Positions 53,030 through 64,000 of a DNA stretch of 64,000 nt are shown in pieces; position 1 is the stretch's first letter; the number at the start of each line of letters is the position of its first letter. This DNA comes from Podarcis erhardii (Eukaryota): NCBI GenBank assembly GCA_964252035.1, contig OZ176201.1; one strand, given 5' to 3'. The notes below the pieces were generated by a model. It did not search any database and was not told the origin of the DNA. It worked only from the letters and a program-made list of their open reading frames with translations. The position numbers and the translations under genes were made by a program.

Positions 53030-53890
53030 AAAAACAATTTTTAAAACAGTTCAAAACAACTTACAATCACAGAAATCAGGTGGGTCCTAAAAATATACAT
53101 CTCAGGAGTCAAATGCTAAAGATAGGGTTGCCATATTTCAAAAAGAAAAAACCAGGAAACCACCGAAATTGTTGAGGGTTTTTTTAGGAAAATGCCCCAA
53201 AACCATGGTTTTTTTATTGACTTGCCTAAGATCCAGGACAAGTGCCACCTTTCATAAATTCCCCCCAGAAGTCAATTCCACCTTTTAAATCCCTACATTG
53301 TCAAGGAAAATCTTTAGCATTCATCAAAAGTTGCATAGCGAAGGTGCCAGAAATACCTCTGTGGGAGGGGGGAGTTCCCCAGAGAAGGACATCTCCTAGG
53401 TTGCCACAGACAAAACCTCTGAGGGTGGTGAGACAAGTAAGAGGGTCCCCTCTGCCAATTTTAACACCCAAGAGAGGCTGTAGATAAAGATGTTGTCTTT
53501 CAAGTATTTGGGGCCCAAGTCATTTAGGGCTTTAAACACTCACATGAGCACCCTGAAACAAATTGGCAACTGGAGCAGCTGTTTTAAAGCAGGCCTTATC
53601 CAAGATCTAAATGGGAACCCCCAGAAGGAATCTGGCTGCTGTGTTTTGAACCAACGGAAGGTTTCAAGCCACCTTCAAGAGCATCCCCATGTAGAGTGCA
53701 TTGCAACAATCCCGTCTGGAAGTTACCAGAGCATGGAGTAAAGTAGCCAAATGATTTCTTTTCAAAAAGGGGCCAGAGCTGGCAAAGCAGCCAGAGCTGG
53801 AAAACGGCACTCCTCACCACCAAAACCACCTGGTTCTCCAGTGACAGTGCTGAACCCAGAAGCACCATTAAGCTGCAGACTTGCTCTTTC
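53030..53890 (-). mobile_element. Degenerate L2 3' portion, with an inserted tagggttgcca-type MITE fragment at about 53122-53280
   Basis: Resembles 11160-11760 (tttagggctttaaa, accttcaagagcatccccatgtagag). Confidence 0.75.
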
Positions 53891-53909
53891 CAGCAGGTTG
53901 AAGTCTCAC

Positions 53910-54167
53910 TGTTATGTACTGAGTTGAATAGGATCCAAAATGCAGCAGTCTGATTGGTCCACAGGAGCCACCCAATCCAGCTCCAGGTGGAAGTGAATCC
54001 GCAATCTGATTGGCCTACAGGAGAATCCCGGAATTAGCCAATCACGTGGGGCCCATTGTGTAAATAATGTATATAAAGCAGACATTCCAGGGGAACTTCC
54101 ATTCCTCCTCACCACTATGAGCTGAAAAAAGAGCATGAAATCCACTCTCGACTCCGAGTATATTTCA
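53910..54167 (+). mobile_element. Solo LTR, 258 bp, same family as 47819-48193
   Basis: TGTTATG...TATTTCA ends and a perfect 5-bp TSD ctcac. Two CCAAT units and TATA box tatataaag at 54070-54078. Confidence 0.88.
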
Positions 54168-56184
54168 CTCACCCAGGACAAGCCATCTCCCTACCTCCCA
54201 GAAATGAGAACTTGGAACATGTAACACCTCTGTCTTTTCAGGATTCAACTTCAGTTTGTTGCCCCACATCTAGCCCAGCACTGCCTCCAAGCACTGCTCT
54301 AGCACCTCAACTGATTCAGATGGAACAGTTTCTCTGCCAACAAAAAGGCCTCCAGCATAATAGACAGCAAGGAAACCTAAATAAGGTGCAAACAAGAAGA
54401 CAGTGAACCAATAAAGCAATAAAAATGGGAGGTATTTTATAAAGCACCAAAAATGGTTTCCAGTTCTCAAAGGCCTCGTGAAACAGCGGCTTGATATAAG
54501 CAGATCAGTGCCGCCTAGGTATAGGGAAGCGGCAAACATTTCAAAACTCCAAGCATCTTTCCTGCTGCGGTTAAAAACAAAAAGTCCTCTTCAGGTATGC
54601 TAATTGTTGTTCACGGTAACTAAATACAAATCTGAATGTGTCAAAGTAATTGGAAACAGTGCCGGGGAAGCCATTTTCATTGTCTAAGCCAAGGGAGCGA
54701 CATTTATTTTTAGCACTGAAAAGGTGAATTGGTACTAGGGAGCTTTATGGTAAAATGTGAGCAGCCTGTCATTCCAGAGAATGGAGGGGAGAGAGCGGGG
54801 AGAGAGATGGCAGTGAAAATAAATAGCAAAATCCCCGAAACATATGGCTCATGCACTCTATCTTTCCACATGAGACAGGCCAAATAAAAGTTTAAGACGG
54901 AAAAGGCAAATGAAATTGATAATCTGCCCAAGGAGAGTGATTCAAAGAAAGCCAGCCTGCGACAAGTGGATGTCTGATTTACCATTTCCTTCTCTTTGCC
55001 ATTTTATGACTGCTTGAGTTATTCTTGCACATGCCGTTCATTACGTTTCCATTCATTCCCGGGAACAAAAATAAATAAAAGAGATCTAGAGTTTATCAGC
55101 CCGTAGCAGAAACAATGAAACACTACCACAACGCATGGTTCTTGTTGTTTTGGGGGAGGCGGAATCAAAGTCAGAGCAACAAAGTATACTCTGCAGAATT
55201 GGGCACTTAATATATATATACATTAGAGAGCCCTATGCGTGTGCTCAGCTGAATGATTAATATCTGTTTGCAAGATTTCCTAGGCATCAGGTTGACCACT
55301 GAGAGAACAGAATGCTGGACTAGATTGACCTTTGGCCTGATGCTACAGGTTCTTCTGGGTTGTTTTTTTACTCTTGCTCTGTACAGTGCTGTTTCCATTG
55401 CCACCATTCCCTACATACTAGACAAGGTTGACAGAGGTGTGAGTGTGGAAGGTGGCTGGCAGTTGCTGAGCCTGCTGGTGGGCTCAGTCCGACTCAGTAA
55501 GCCACCAGGCTTGCTTAGCATGAGAACAAAATTCAAGTGGGTGCTGGTGAGCCAGGGTCAACAGTGAAGGATGGTCTGGGGGAGCCTGAAGACTCTGCTC
55601 TTAATGTTATTGTAACAGATTATGCAGCAGGTCCCTCCTCTGATCAACAGTCCCCCAAGTCAGCCTCTGTTCTGGGCCTCTACCAGTCCTACCTGTAACA
55701 AGGGCAGCTGAGACAAAGGTGGCAAATACAAAGTGGAAGGAGACTGTCAGGCTGGCAGGTCAAATTGCTTGAGCCTGCGCGGTAGCTGGAGCTAGAGACC
55801 TCCCCGTGCATGCGTACCCTTACATGCACTAAAAGCATTTTCAAGAACAATTACATAAATTTAAAATGACACACCTGCTGCTTCCTGCAGTCTGCCGCCT
55901 GAAGCTGTGCCCTTTAGCCCACTTCACAGCAGAGCTGTTCCTGGCAGGCTCTCTCGGTGCCCTGCTGGTAGACGGGTAATATCCTAATCAACTCCCTATC
56001 TTTGCTTCCCACCTGCCCGTCACATGCATTCCACGGCTCATTTAACTCGGGCCCATTAGAGAGGAGGACTCTTTCCAGGTAAGAAACCACAGCAGACATA
56101 AAGCCTGTCACAGCCGAGTTTGCAAAGTGAGGCTGCATCTCCTAGAGCAATAAGTACATGGATATGCACTTACGATTGCTTACG

Positions 56185-56322
56185 CAGTGGTTCCCAACCG
56201 GTGGGTCCCCAGATGTTGTTGAATTACAACTCCCATCATCCCTGAGCTCCAGCCTTGCTAGCTAGGGGTGATGGGAGTTGTAGTTCAACAACATCTGGGA
56301 ACCCACAGGTTGAGAAAGGCTG
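56185..56322. mobile_element. hAT-type MITE, reverse complement of the family at 34500-34637
   Basis: Collinear sequence. TSD gcttac(a)g. Confidence 0.85.
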
Positions 56323-56416
56323 GCTTACAGGTTGCACTGTGCTCCATACCAGACCTAAATCTCTTGGCATCATTTGCACCAGACAAATTATTGTACAGCA
56401 TTCCATGATCACTGAG

Positions 56417-56736
56417 CAGGGGTCAGCAAACTTTTTCAGCAGGGGGCCAGTCCACTGTCCCTCAGACCTTGTGGGGGCCCAGACTATATTGGGGGGGAGG
56501 GATGAATAAATTCCTATGCCCCACAAATAACCCAGAAATGCATTTTAAATAAAATCACACATTCTACTCATGTAAAAACATCAGGCAGGCCCCACAAATA
56601 ACCCAGAGATGCATTTTAAATAAAAGGACACATTCTACTCATGTAAAAACACGCTGATTCCTGGACCGTTCATGGGCTGGATTTAGAAGGCGATTGGGCT
56701 GGATCTGGCCCCCGGGCCTTAGTTTGCCTACCTATG
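56417..56736. mobile_element. hAT-type MITE with a 71-bp-period internal duplication
   Basis: Ends caggggtcagcaaact / agtttgcctacctatg. Duplicated block at 56518-56580 and 56589-56651. Confidence 0.8.
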
Positions 56737-57730
56737 AAGTACCTTGCACATGGCCTTCAGAGCTGAGCCTCCCAGTCTGCTCTGTAGATAGAAATCACGA
56801 TCACAGCATCAGCGTCTCCCCTGAATGAAGAGCAATGACGGGTTGCTAGCTTTGTGCCCCAGAGTTTCATTTTAAGGAGCAACCTGTGTCTGGAAGGCTC
56901 ATTCATACAGCTACAGCACTGATACAGCTTGAGACCACTCAGTGCTCTCTCATCACCTTCCTTGTCTCTTCACCTCAAGAGTCCTACTCAACGTATAATT
57001 TTCCCTGTTTAAGAAGGCATTCTTAATTTGCTTCTCCTTTCTACACAAAGCAAGGCCCAAGGTAAAGGGTGATAATACATCTCAATGATATTTACAGCCT
57101 GGCTGATAGAATAGGGAAGACTTTTGCAGTCTCATGCTCAGCAAAGGCTCTAGAAGGATCAGAATCAGCTCCAATTCTGCTGATGAAACCAAAACTGGAA
57201 CACTGGGTTTTTACATGGCCCAACCCACGGAAGATAGGAAAGGGATGCCTGTCTTTATACCTTGTGGCACAGACAAGCTGAAAACAGCAGCTGTAGCAGA
57301 CATGCCAGTTGACTAGAAAATCAAATCAGAGGCTATTTATTAGGCAATTACAAGGGGTAACAAAAGCAAAGAACACAATAGAAGTGGAGGCAGATATGCT
57401 TTTATTTCTGGTCATGGCAAACATTTAAAGAGGCTTTAATTTTATGGGAGCGAAGTACCATCTGCCTATTTAAAGTTGTTTATAGCCAACCCTCTGGGGA
57501 AGAGTGTGGGAAGCAGTTAACACGTCCTTACTGCGGCTCTTGTTAGGAAAGAGCATCATGAGTTTAGGGACAGTTTGGTTCCATACAGCATTCAACTTCT
57601 TTCTGACCTTTGATTACATACTGACGGATTTTCTATGGCAAGACAAGACAGGTGGAACTGTGGTGCAATCAGGCTTCAGTCCCTTAGCACAGCAACCAGG
57701 GAGAAAGTCTCATGAGCTCACTGGAACTTA

Positions 57731-58108
57731 GGTAAAGGTAAAGGGACCCTTGACCATTAGGTCCATTCGTGACCGACTTGGGGGTTGCAGCGTTCATCTC
57801 GCTTTATTGGCTGAGGGAGCTGGCGTACAGCTTCCGGGTCATGTGGCCAGCATGACTAAGCCGCTTCTGGCAAACCAGAGCAGCGCACGGAAACGCCGTT
57901 TACCTTCCTGCCGGAGCGGTACCTACCGGTATTTATCTACTTGCACTTTGACATGCTTTCTAACTGCTAGGTTGGCAGGAGCAGGGACCGAGCAACGGGA
58001 GCTCACCCTGTCACGGGGATTCGAACTGCCGGCATTCTGATCGGCAAGTCCTAGGCTCTGTGGTTTAACCCACAGTGCCACCCGCGTCCCTCAGTGCGAT
58101 CCACGTCC
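57731..58108 (-). mobile_element. Sauria SINE, full length, plus about 16 extra 5' nucleotides
   Basis: 14-bp TSD ctcactggaactta (57717-57730) / ctcactgggactta (58109-58122). Confidence 0.92.
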
Positions 58109-60089
58109 CTCACTGGGACTTACTTGTCGATAAATGTGTTTGGCATTATGTTGTGTGAAGGGATCCTGCACGGTGTTGTCACGGGAATATAAACTTGGGG
58201 AGAGCAATCCTGTATCTAAGAACACCACCTTTTAAATATGTGATAGACACATATTTACACGGCCTTTGTTTACCAAACAAATGTTGACCAGGTATTTGTA
58301 ATTATTAATTTAAAGTAGGTGTAGTGTTATGACGTACTGTGAAAAGGGTGTGCATACTTATAAGGGGTTGTATCCAGCACTGTTGTTCTGCCAGCACAGC
58401 AGGCTTCCATTTGGACAATGGGACTTTCCCCTCCCACCCCCAGAGCAAATTTTGAGGGTGTGGGGGACGAAGAGAGGAAGGGGAAATCCCGTTGCATGGG
58501 CAGTATTCCGTGCACACAACACTGGCTTCCATCCGATGATGCTGTTTTAATAAACATTGGTTCTTCACTTAAATGTTTGTATTAAATTTTGGTGGAAGCC
58601 ATTTAGGCACCTCTAAACTGAAGTGGAAATGCAGGGTGTGCATGTTTTTCATAAAAACAATCAGTTATTGTTCTTTGGGTGGGCGTTCTCATCATGACTC
58701 TTGTGAGTGTGCTTTCCTGTCCATTGTTCCCATGGAACATGTCTCTGTTATCGGATGTACAGTAAAAGAAAAGGATCCTCTGCTTCACAGCATCTCTTGC
58801 ACAGCCTCCCTCTTTCTCTCTCTAGTTATTGCCTGCTGGCATTGCACTTGAAGGAAAACGGGGGGTTGCAGACAATTATGGATCACTGTGAAACATATTC
58901 CACACCTGCTGTTTGAGTTGCTTCAGCTGCTTGAATAGAATAGAAGGTATAGTATCTTCTTCTCCAAGCAAAGCGACTTTCTTTTCACATTTGGAGCCTT
59001 GGTAGGAATTCCAGTTTCTCCTTCTCAACACCCATCCCAGGTTATGTACTGCTTCAGTTCGCTAACAACTCCAATGCTAACTCGCCAGAACTAAGGTTGA
59101 GGCTGCACAAAAAGAACTGCATTTATTTTTGAATCATTATTGCTCCCCTCTTATAACTTACTGAGGACTCTATTGTGTGTCCCAGACATGAATTATGAGC
59201 TCATCAGTATCTTGCTGAAGTAAACAATGTACACAGAAGAGCAATTTATTGTTTGCTGCTGCTTCTTTTTAAAGAAGAAATAGTGCCTTATATCCATACT
59301 GTAGCATACACACCCGTGCGCACGCACACACACTCACAGAGTTTTGAATGAAATCATTCACAGGGACTGTTAAGAGAACATAATAACTGTCACCTAGGGA
59401 TGAGGGAATTTTTTTGTTCTGATGCACAGTTCATGAAATAATATGTGAAACTGATGCTCAGCTCTCCTTTAAAACTCACACATCTGTGAATTTTGTGATG
59501 CAGTTCTCCAGGTCAAATAATAGATAGGAAAAGTATATATTTTAGGAGAAAGGTTTTTGCATTGAATAAAGTTACAAATTATGGATTAATGTAATCAAAA
59601 TCATATTACAGTGTCACAGCAATGTAAATAAATCATATGGCTTTATATTACTATGCACTTCATTGTTCCAAAACAAAATAAAAATTGATCACATTTCTAG
59701 GAATCTTTGTCCTCTTCTTTATCTAATGAAATGTGTAAGTTTTGTTAATATTACCATAGTCCAAATCTATTCAAACTGCTCCAAAATTGATGGTGCCGAA
59801 CTCTTTCTCCACACTTCACAAAGCAGCTTACGAAAAACAATTCAAAACATAGCCAATAACCTTTATGTTAAAATGATTGCAAAAGCATTTCCACAATACA
59901 ATTAAAATTCCGTACAAAAGCAACATAGAAAAACCAGGCCACAACACCAGTTCCACAGCACAGTTTATAATTTCTTGAACTGATTTGGTTCCGCAGTAGA
60001 AATATTAATATGATATTAAGCTGTGCAGAATGAAAAAGCCACTCTTTGATCACTGAAGGGCTGAAACGACTTCTGCTTCTGATCCTTTG

Positions 60090-60265
60090 GTACATAACAG
60101 CATAAGATAAGCCCACCTGGTCAGTCCTGTAACCCATCTAGTCCAGCATCCAATTCTCAGAGTGGCCTAGTGGAAGCCCACAAACAGAATCTGAGCACAA
60201 CAACACTCTCCTCTCCTCATGTTTCCAGCAACTCTCATTCAGAAGCATCCTGCCTCCAACTGTCT
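60090..60265 (-). mobile_element. Old CR1-type 3' UTR fragment
   Basis: cataagataagcccacctgg...ccatctagtccagcatcc resembles reptile CR1 3' ends. Judged from recall only. Confidence 0.55.
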
Positions 60266-61975
60266 ATATGTTATCAGTGTTTCCCCCTCAACATGAGAAC
60301 TAAAAATATTTATTTATTTATAAAAGAAGCCTTGTTAAATTCTATACCTGGTTCAGGATTCTATTCACTGTGGCACAGATGCAGAATCATTTATGTCATG
60401 TAATAATTCGTTTAACGACATTTGTTCTACGCTTCATTTGTCTTGACTTGACAAAATTCATTACCATCATGACTGATTGTGGCTGTCATTCAAAAGCCCA
60501 TCGCCTGTTTTTTGTTTGCATTTGTTCTTTGTGTGTATGTTTGTTTAATAAGAGTTCTGCAGTCGGTGCATTAAATGGGATAGACAGTAGACAGAAGAGC
60601 TTTCCTTCCCCATTCTCCTAGACATAATAAAGCAATCGTCAGCTGGTGCCAAAATGGAGCATCCCCTTTGGCACAGCACTGCAAAATTAGGTGCCTTAAA
60701 GAGCATTCATTGCTTCAGCATTGACCTGCTTTTGGAGGCAGCAATAGAAGGGCCATTGATCTCTTTCTGTGAGACAATTTGTGTGTTCTAGTAAAGCAAT
60801 TTACTACAGCAATTAGAATATCCCTGCAGGAGGAAGCAAAGCTGTGGGGAGCTTAAAGCCACTGAAGTCCAAACATTTCAGGAAAAGCAAATTTTAAAGG
60901 CGTCCAGGTTTTAAGATGGAATCTGTGTCACTGCTGAATATTCCTTTAAATAGGGACCAAGGAGGAGGAAGGGAGAATGTGTTCGTTGATGAAACATACT
61001 GATGTCAGGAGTGCTGGAAAGTGAGGCAAATGATTCATGCCCAAGCCCAAGCAGCAGCTGTGCTAAGCTTTCCCGACCCCAGTGATCTGACACTGCACTA
61101 TTGCCAAGAACATACTTGCCCAGGTCACTCAAGCCAGTGGGGAGATGATTGCGTCATCCCAAAATGCCTTCAGTGAACTCCTCACAATGGGATGGGACGA
61201 AAGCAACATCTCAGCAATTCATTGTCTGCATGCCTCATTCATAGGTCTCAATTGCCCTGCCAGTGACCTGGAATGGGAACCTACTATGGCCACTTTCGTG
61301 ATTGGTAGACAGATGTGGCCTGCAGAACTGGCAAGATGAAGCGCACCAACAGCGCGCAGCAGAATGTCAGCCGGTTGATGAAATCAGTGGGCTGCCAGCT
61401 GTGTGTTCTCCTGTGTGCAGCAGGGGAAAGGATTAAGCTCCAGCACGCTTGCTGCTGGAACATATGGTATACCAGAGCTGTTTCTCTTCACTGCCTCGGC
61501 TGCGGTGCCTGGAAGGTGGAAACTGACTGCGTCAGCTTGTAACTGGCTTGTTCAGCTGTGAGAACATCGGGGAGTTTCAGGGAAATTTCACACACAAGTT
61601 GTCAGTGTTTCCCCTCCGGAGATTCCACATGCTAACATTTAGGATTTGCCAAAGTAGATGTGAGGAGGTGGGAGAAGAGGGTAGCAACAGACTGTTGCTA
61701 TTATTGGGTGGGATCCAGTCGCCTACTGGCAAATTCAGGTTGTGCAATTATAGCTGGTTTGGAGCTCTTGCACAACAAACCTGTTTCCCCAAAGACTGGA
61801 CTTTTTATGACAAAGAAAATAACTGGGAAATGCAGGGGGAGGTGTGGGATAACGCATGTTTGGGCAGACGCCTCTCCGTAAACAAGTCTGAGTGAACGCT
61901 CATTAAATAGCCAGTGTTGTCTAAATTCCCTGCAAACAAATCAGGATGAATGCTCTGTAAACAGGTCATTTAGAA

Positions 61976-62436
61976 GTAGTAGTAGTAGTAATAATAATAA
62001 TAATAATAATTTATTTATATCCCACCCGTCTGGGTGGGTTTCCCCAGCCACTCTGGATGGCTTCCAACAGAATATTAAAAACACGATAAAACAAGGCTGT
62101 CTTCAGATGTCTTCTAAAAGTCAGGTAGTTGTTTATTTCCTTGACATCTGATGGGCACCACTACCGAGAAGGCCCTCTGCCTGGTTCCCTGTAACCTCAC
62201 TTCTCGCAGGGAGGGAACCGCCAGAAGGCCCTCGGCGCTGGACCTCAGCGTCCGGGCAGTACGATGGGGGTGGAGACACTCCTTCAGGTATCCAGGGCCA
62301 AGGCCGTTTAGGGCTTTAAAGGTGAGTACCAACACTTTGAATTGTGCTTGGAAAAGTACTGGGAGCCAATGTAGGTCTTCCAGGACCGGTGTTATATGGT
62401 CTCGGCAGCCACTCCCAGTCACCAGTCTAGCTGCCC
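61976..62436 (-). mobile_element. L2 3' end with (TTA/CTA)n tail
   Basis: ORF 62114-62422 reads DHITPVLEDLHWLPV...FKVLVLTFKALNGLGPGYL...RAFSVV. Confidence 0.92.
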
Positions 62437-63012
62437 AAAGAGCCAGATACTTCCATCACAGAGATTCATGCATCAAGTCTCTGTTTTAGAATTGTTGTAA
62501 CTAAAGGCAAAATTACACATTACATGAAGTGGGTGTTGGTGTGGGTGCTTGTTTAAATAGCCATTACTATCAGAACTATTCCTCCTCTGCCTCCTGCATC
62601 CATCTGAGCCCCCAGCAATTCTGAATCATATACAAAAATACAGATTCTCGATCTGGAACACTACCTCCAGATGTCACCTGCCTTCTGTCAAATATTATGT
62701 ATTCATTTATTGGTTTACATCTTTTCTATACTGCTTTACATTTGAGGGACCGCTAAGTGGTTTACAGCTTATCATAAAGCATTGTGAATACAACTGTGCA
62801 ACATATTGAAACAGAATGTTACAAAGGAACAATGAATGCAATAAAGAGCCACATTTAGAGCAGCATAATTAGCAGCAAAAATGCTAAAACATTTTTTAAA
62901 AATACAAGTAAAAATGAGACACAAAAAACAATGAAAATCCCAACAATTTACATTCACAACAAGGATGGCTAGAACTGAAATATTCAAATTATGGGTCAGA
63001 TAGATACCTGTT

Positions 63013-63203
63013 CAGAGGCGGAGAAAGGGGCGGGGGGGCAGTCTGCCCCGGGTGTCATCCCTGAGGGGGGTGACATCGCCATGGGCAGCGCCCCCGAGAT
63101 GCTCGCCGTCCCCCTGGGACATGCAGTGGCGACGCACCCCCCGCAGGTGGCTAGCCCCACCCCCATGGGCTGCTCCTGGTTCTGACAGCTAGCTCCACCT
63201 CTG
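63013..63203. mobile_element. GC-rich MITE, probably hAT-type
   Basis: TIR cagaggcggag / ctccacctctg. Imperfect 8-bp TSD tacctgtt / tacctggc. Confidence 0.75.
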
Positions 63204-64000
63204 TACCTGGCGATTCCATGCAAAGCTCCACATCACAGAAGAGTTTGTTTACGTGTACATGTGTGGCACTTGATTTCAAATAGCTTTGTTACGAAACATT
63301 TAATGACTCATCTAAAAGAATTCAGAGAATGTTCACAGAAGGATTGACTTTTAAAAAACTCATGTGTAAGTTCTGCCAAATTCAGTTTCACCTATAATAC
63401 CTCATTCAGACTTGGGAAGTTATCCGTCGGTTTTGTAGCCTTCAAGTGATGAACACATCTGCATATCCCGCAAGTGTCCCATAAAAAACAGGACATCCTA
63501 TTTTCCCCTGCAAGAGCACAGTGGCCATTTTGGTCACTGTGATCTCACCCCCCCCCCCAAAAAAGAAAACATTTTTCGTGGCTGCAATCTCAAACTCAAA
63601 ATGGATTTTTTGGCACTGTTTAGAACATGTCCTCGAAAAAGCACATCCTCTGGGCTAGCATATAGAGAATTAGTTCGTCTTCTTGCCAAGCTCTATTCCA
63701 ACCCATTTTTCCTTACTTTGTTTAATTATTTATTTCTCCTCCTTTCACTGAAGCTCTGTTGGCACTCATGAAAGGGATCTTACAAAGAGGGGGGGGGGTA
63801 TTGATTTTCCTGTCATGCCAGGAAGCGATTGCCCTTCCATCATCCTCTAATTGGAAGTTTAAAACCTCCATTTGAAAAATTATGGGTTGCATGTTTCTGT
63901 CAAACTTAGTGGCAGCTAGGGAAGAAGAACTACCAAGTTGTGGTCTCTGTAGTGAAGTCACTGGAACAACATAGGAATGGGAATGACAAGCTCTCATCCC

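Noticed and set aside
60917-61542. Long single-frame reading with few stops, possibly a pseudogene
   Set aside because: About four stops in 150 codons at roughly 50% GC is not significant, and no protein family was recognised.
42400-64000. Search for the next syntenic gene (GALNT10 in human) or any other coding exon
   Set aside because: No GALNT-like peptide or second CpG-island promoter was recognised. The GC-rich blocks at 46.9-47.3 kb and 63.0-63.2 kb look like repeats.

Overview
Eukaryotic genomic DNA from a squamate reptile, probably a lacertid lizard (inferred from the Sauria SINE, BovB, L2 and CR1 content). Two divergent spliced genes share a CpG island at about 26.8-27.9 kb. FAM114A2 is on the minus strand: 13 coding exons from 24793 down to 10589, all GT-AG, which I spliced by hand into a 499-aa ORF. 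MFAP3 is on the plus strand: 2 coding exons from 33775 to 36317, 351 aa. This head-to-head arrangement is the same as in human. The rest is intronic or intergenic and rich in transposons: L2 LINEs, CR1 and BovB 3' ends, six Sauria SINE loci, Tc1/mariner-type and hAT-type MITEs, fold-back elements and two related solo LTRs. I found no rRNA, true tRNA or CRISPR, and I cannot demonstrate a new biological system from sequence alone. The best leads are: (1) a rearranged Chapaev3-like transposase relic that fills most of one FAM114A2 intron; (2) two solo LTRs with different numbers of CCAAT-palindrome repeats, one with an intact TATA box, a dead poly(A) signal and new poly(A) signals downstream; (3) a similar CCAAT palindrome in an unrelated MITE family; (4) a double-headed SINE inside a single target-site duplication (TSD); (5) several long fold-back elements. 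Repeat family names come from recall, not database searches.
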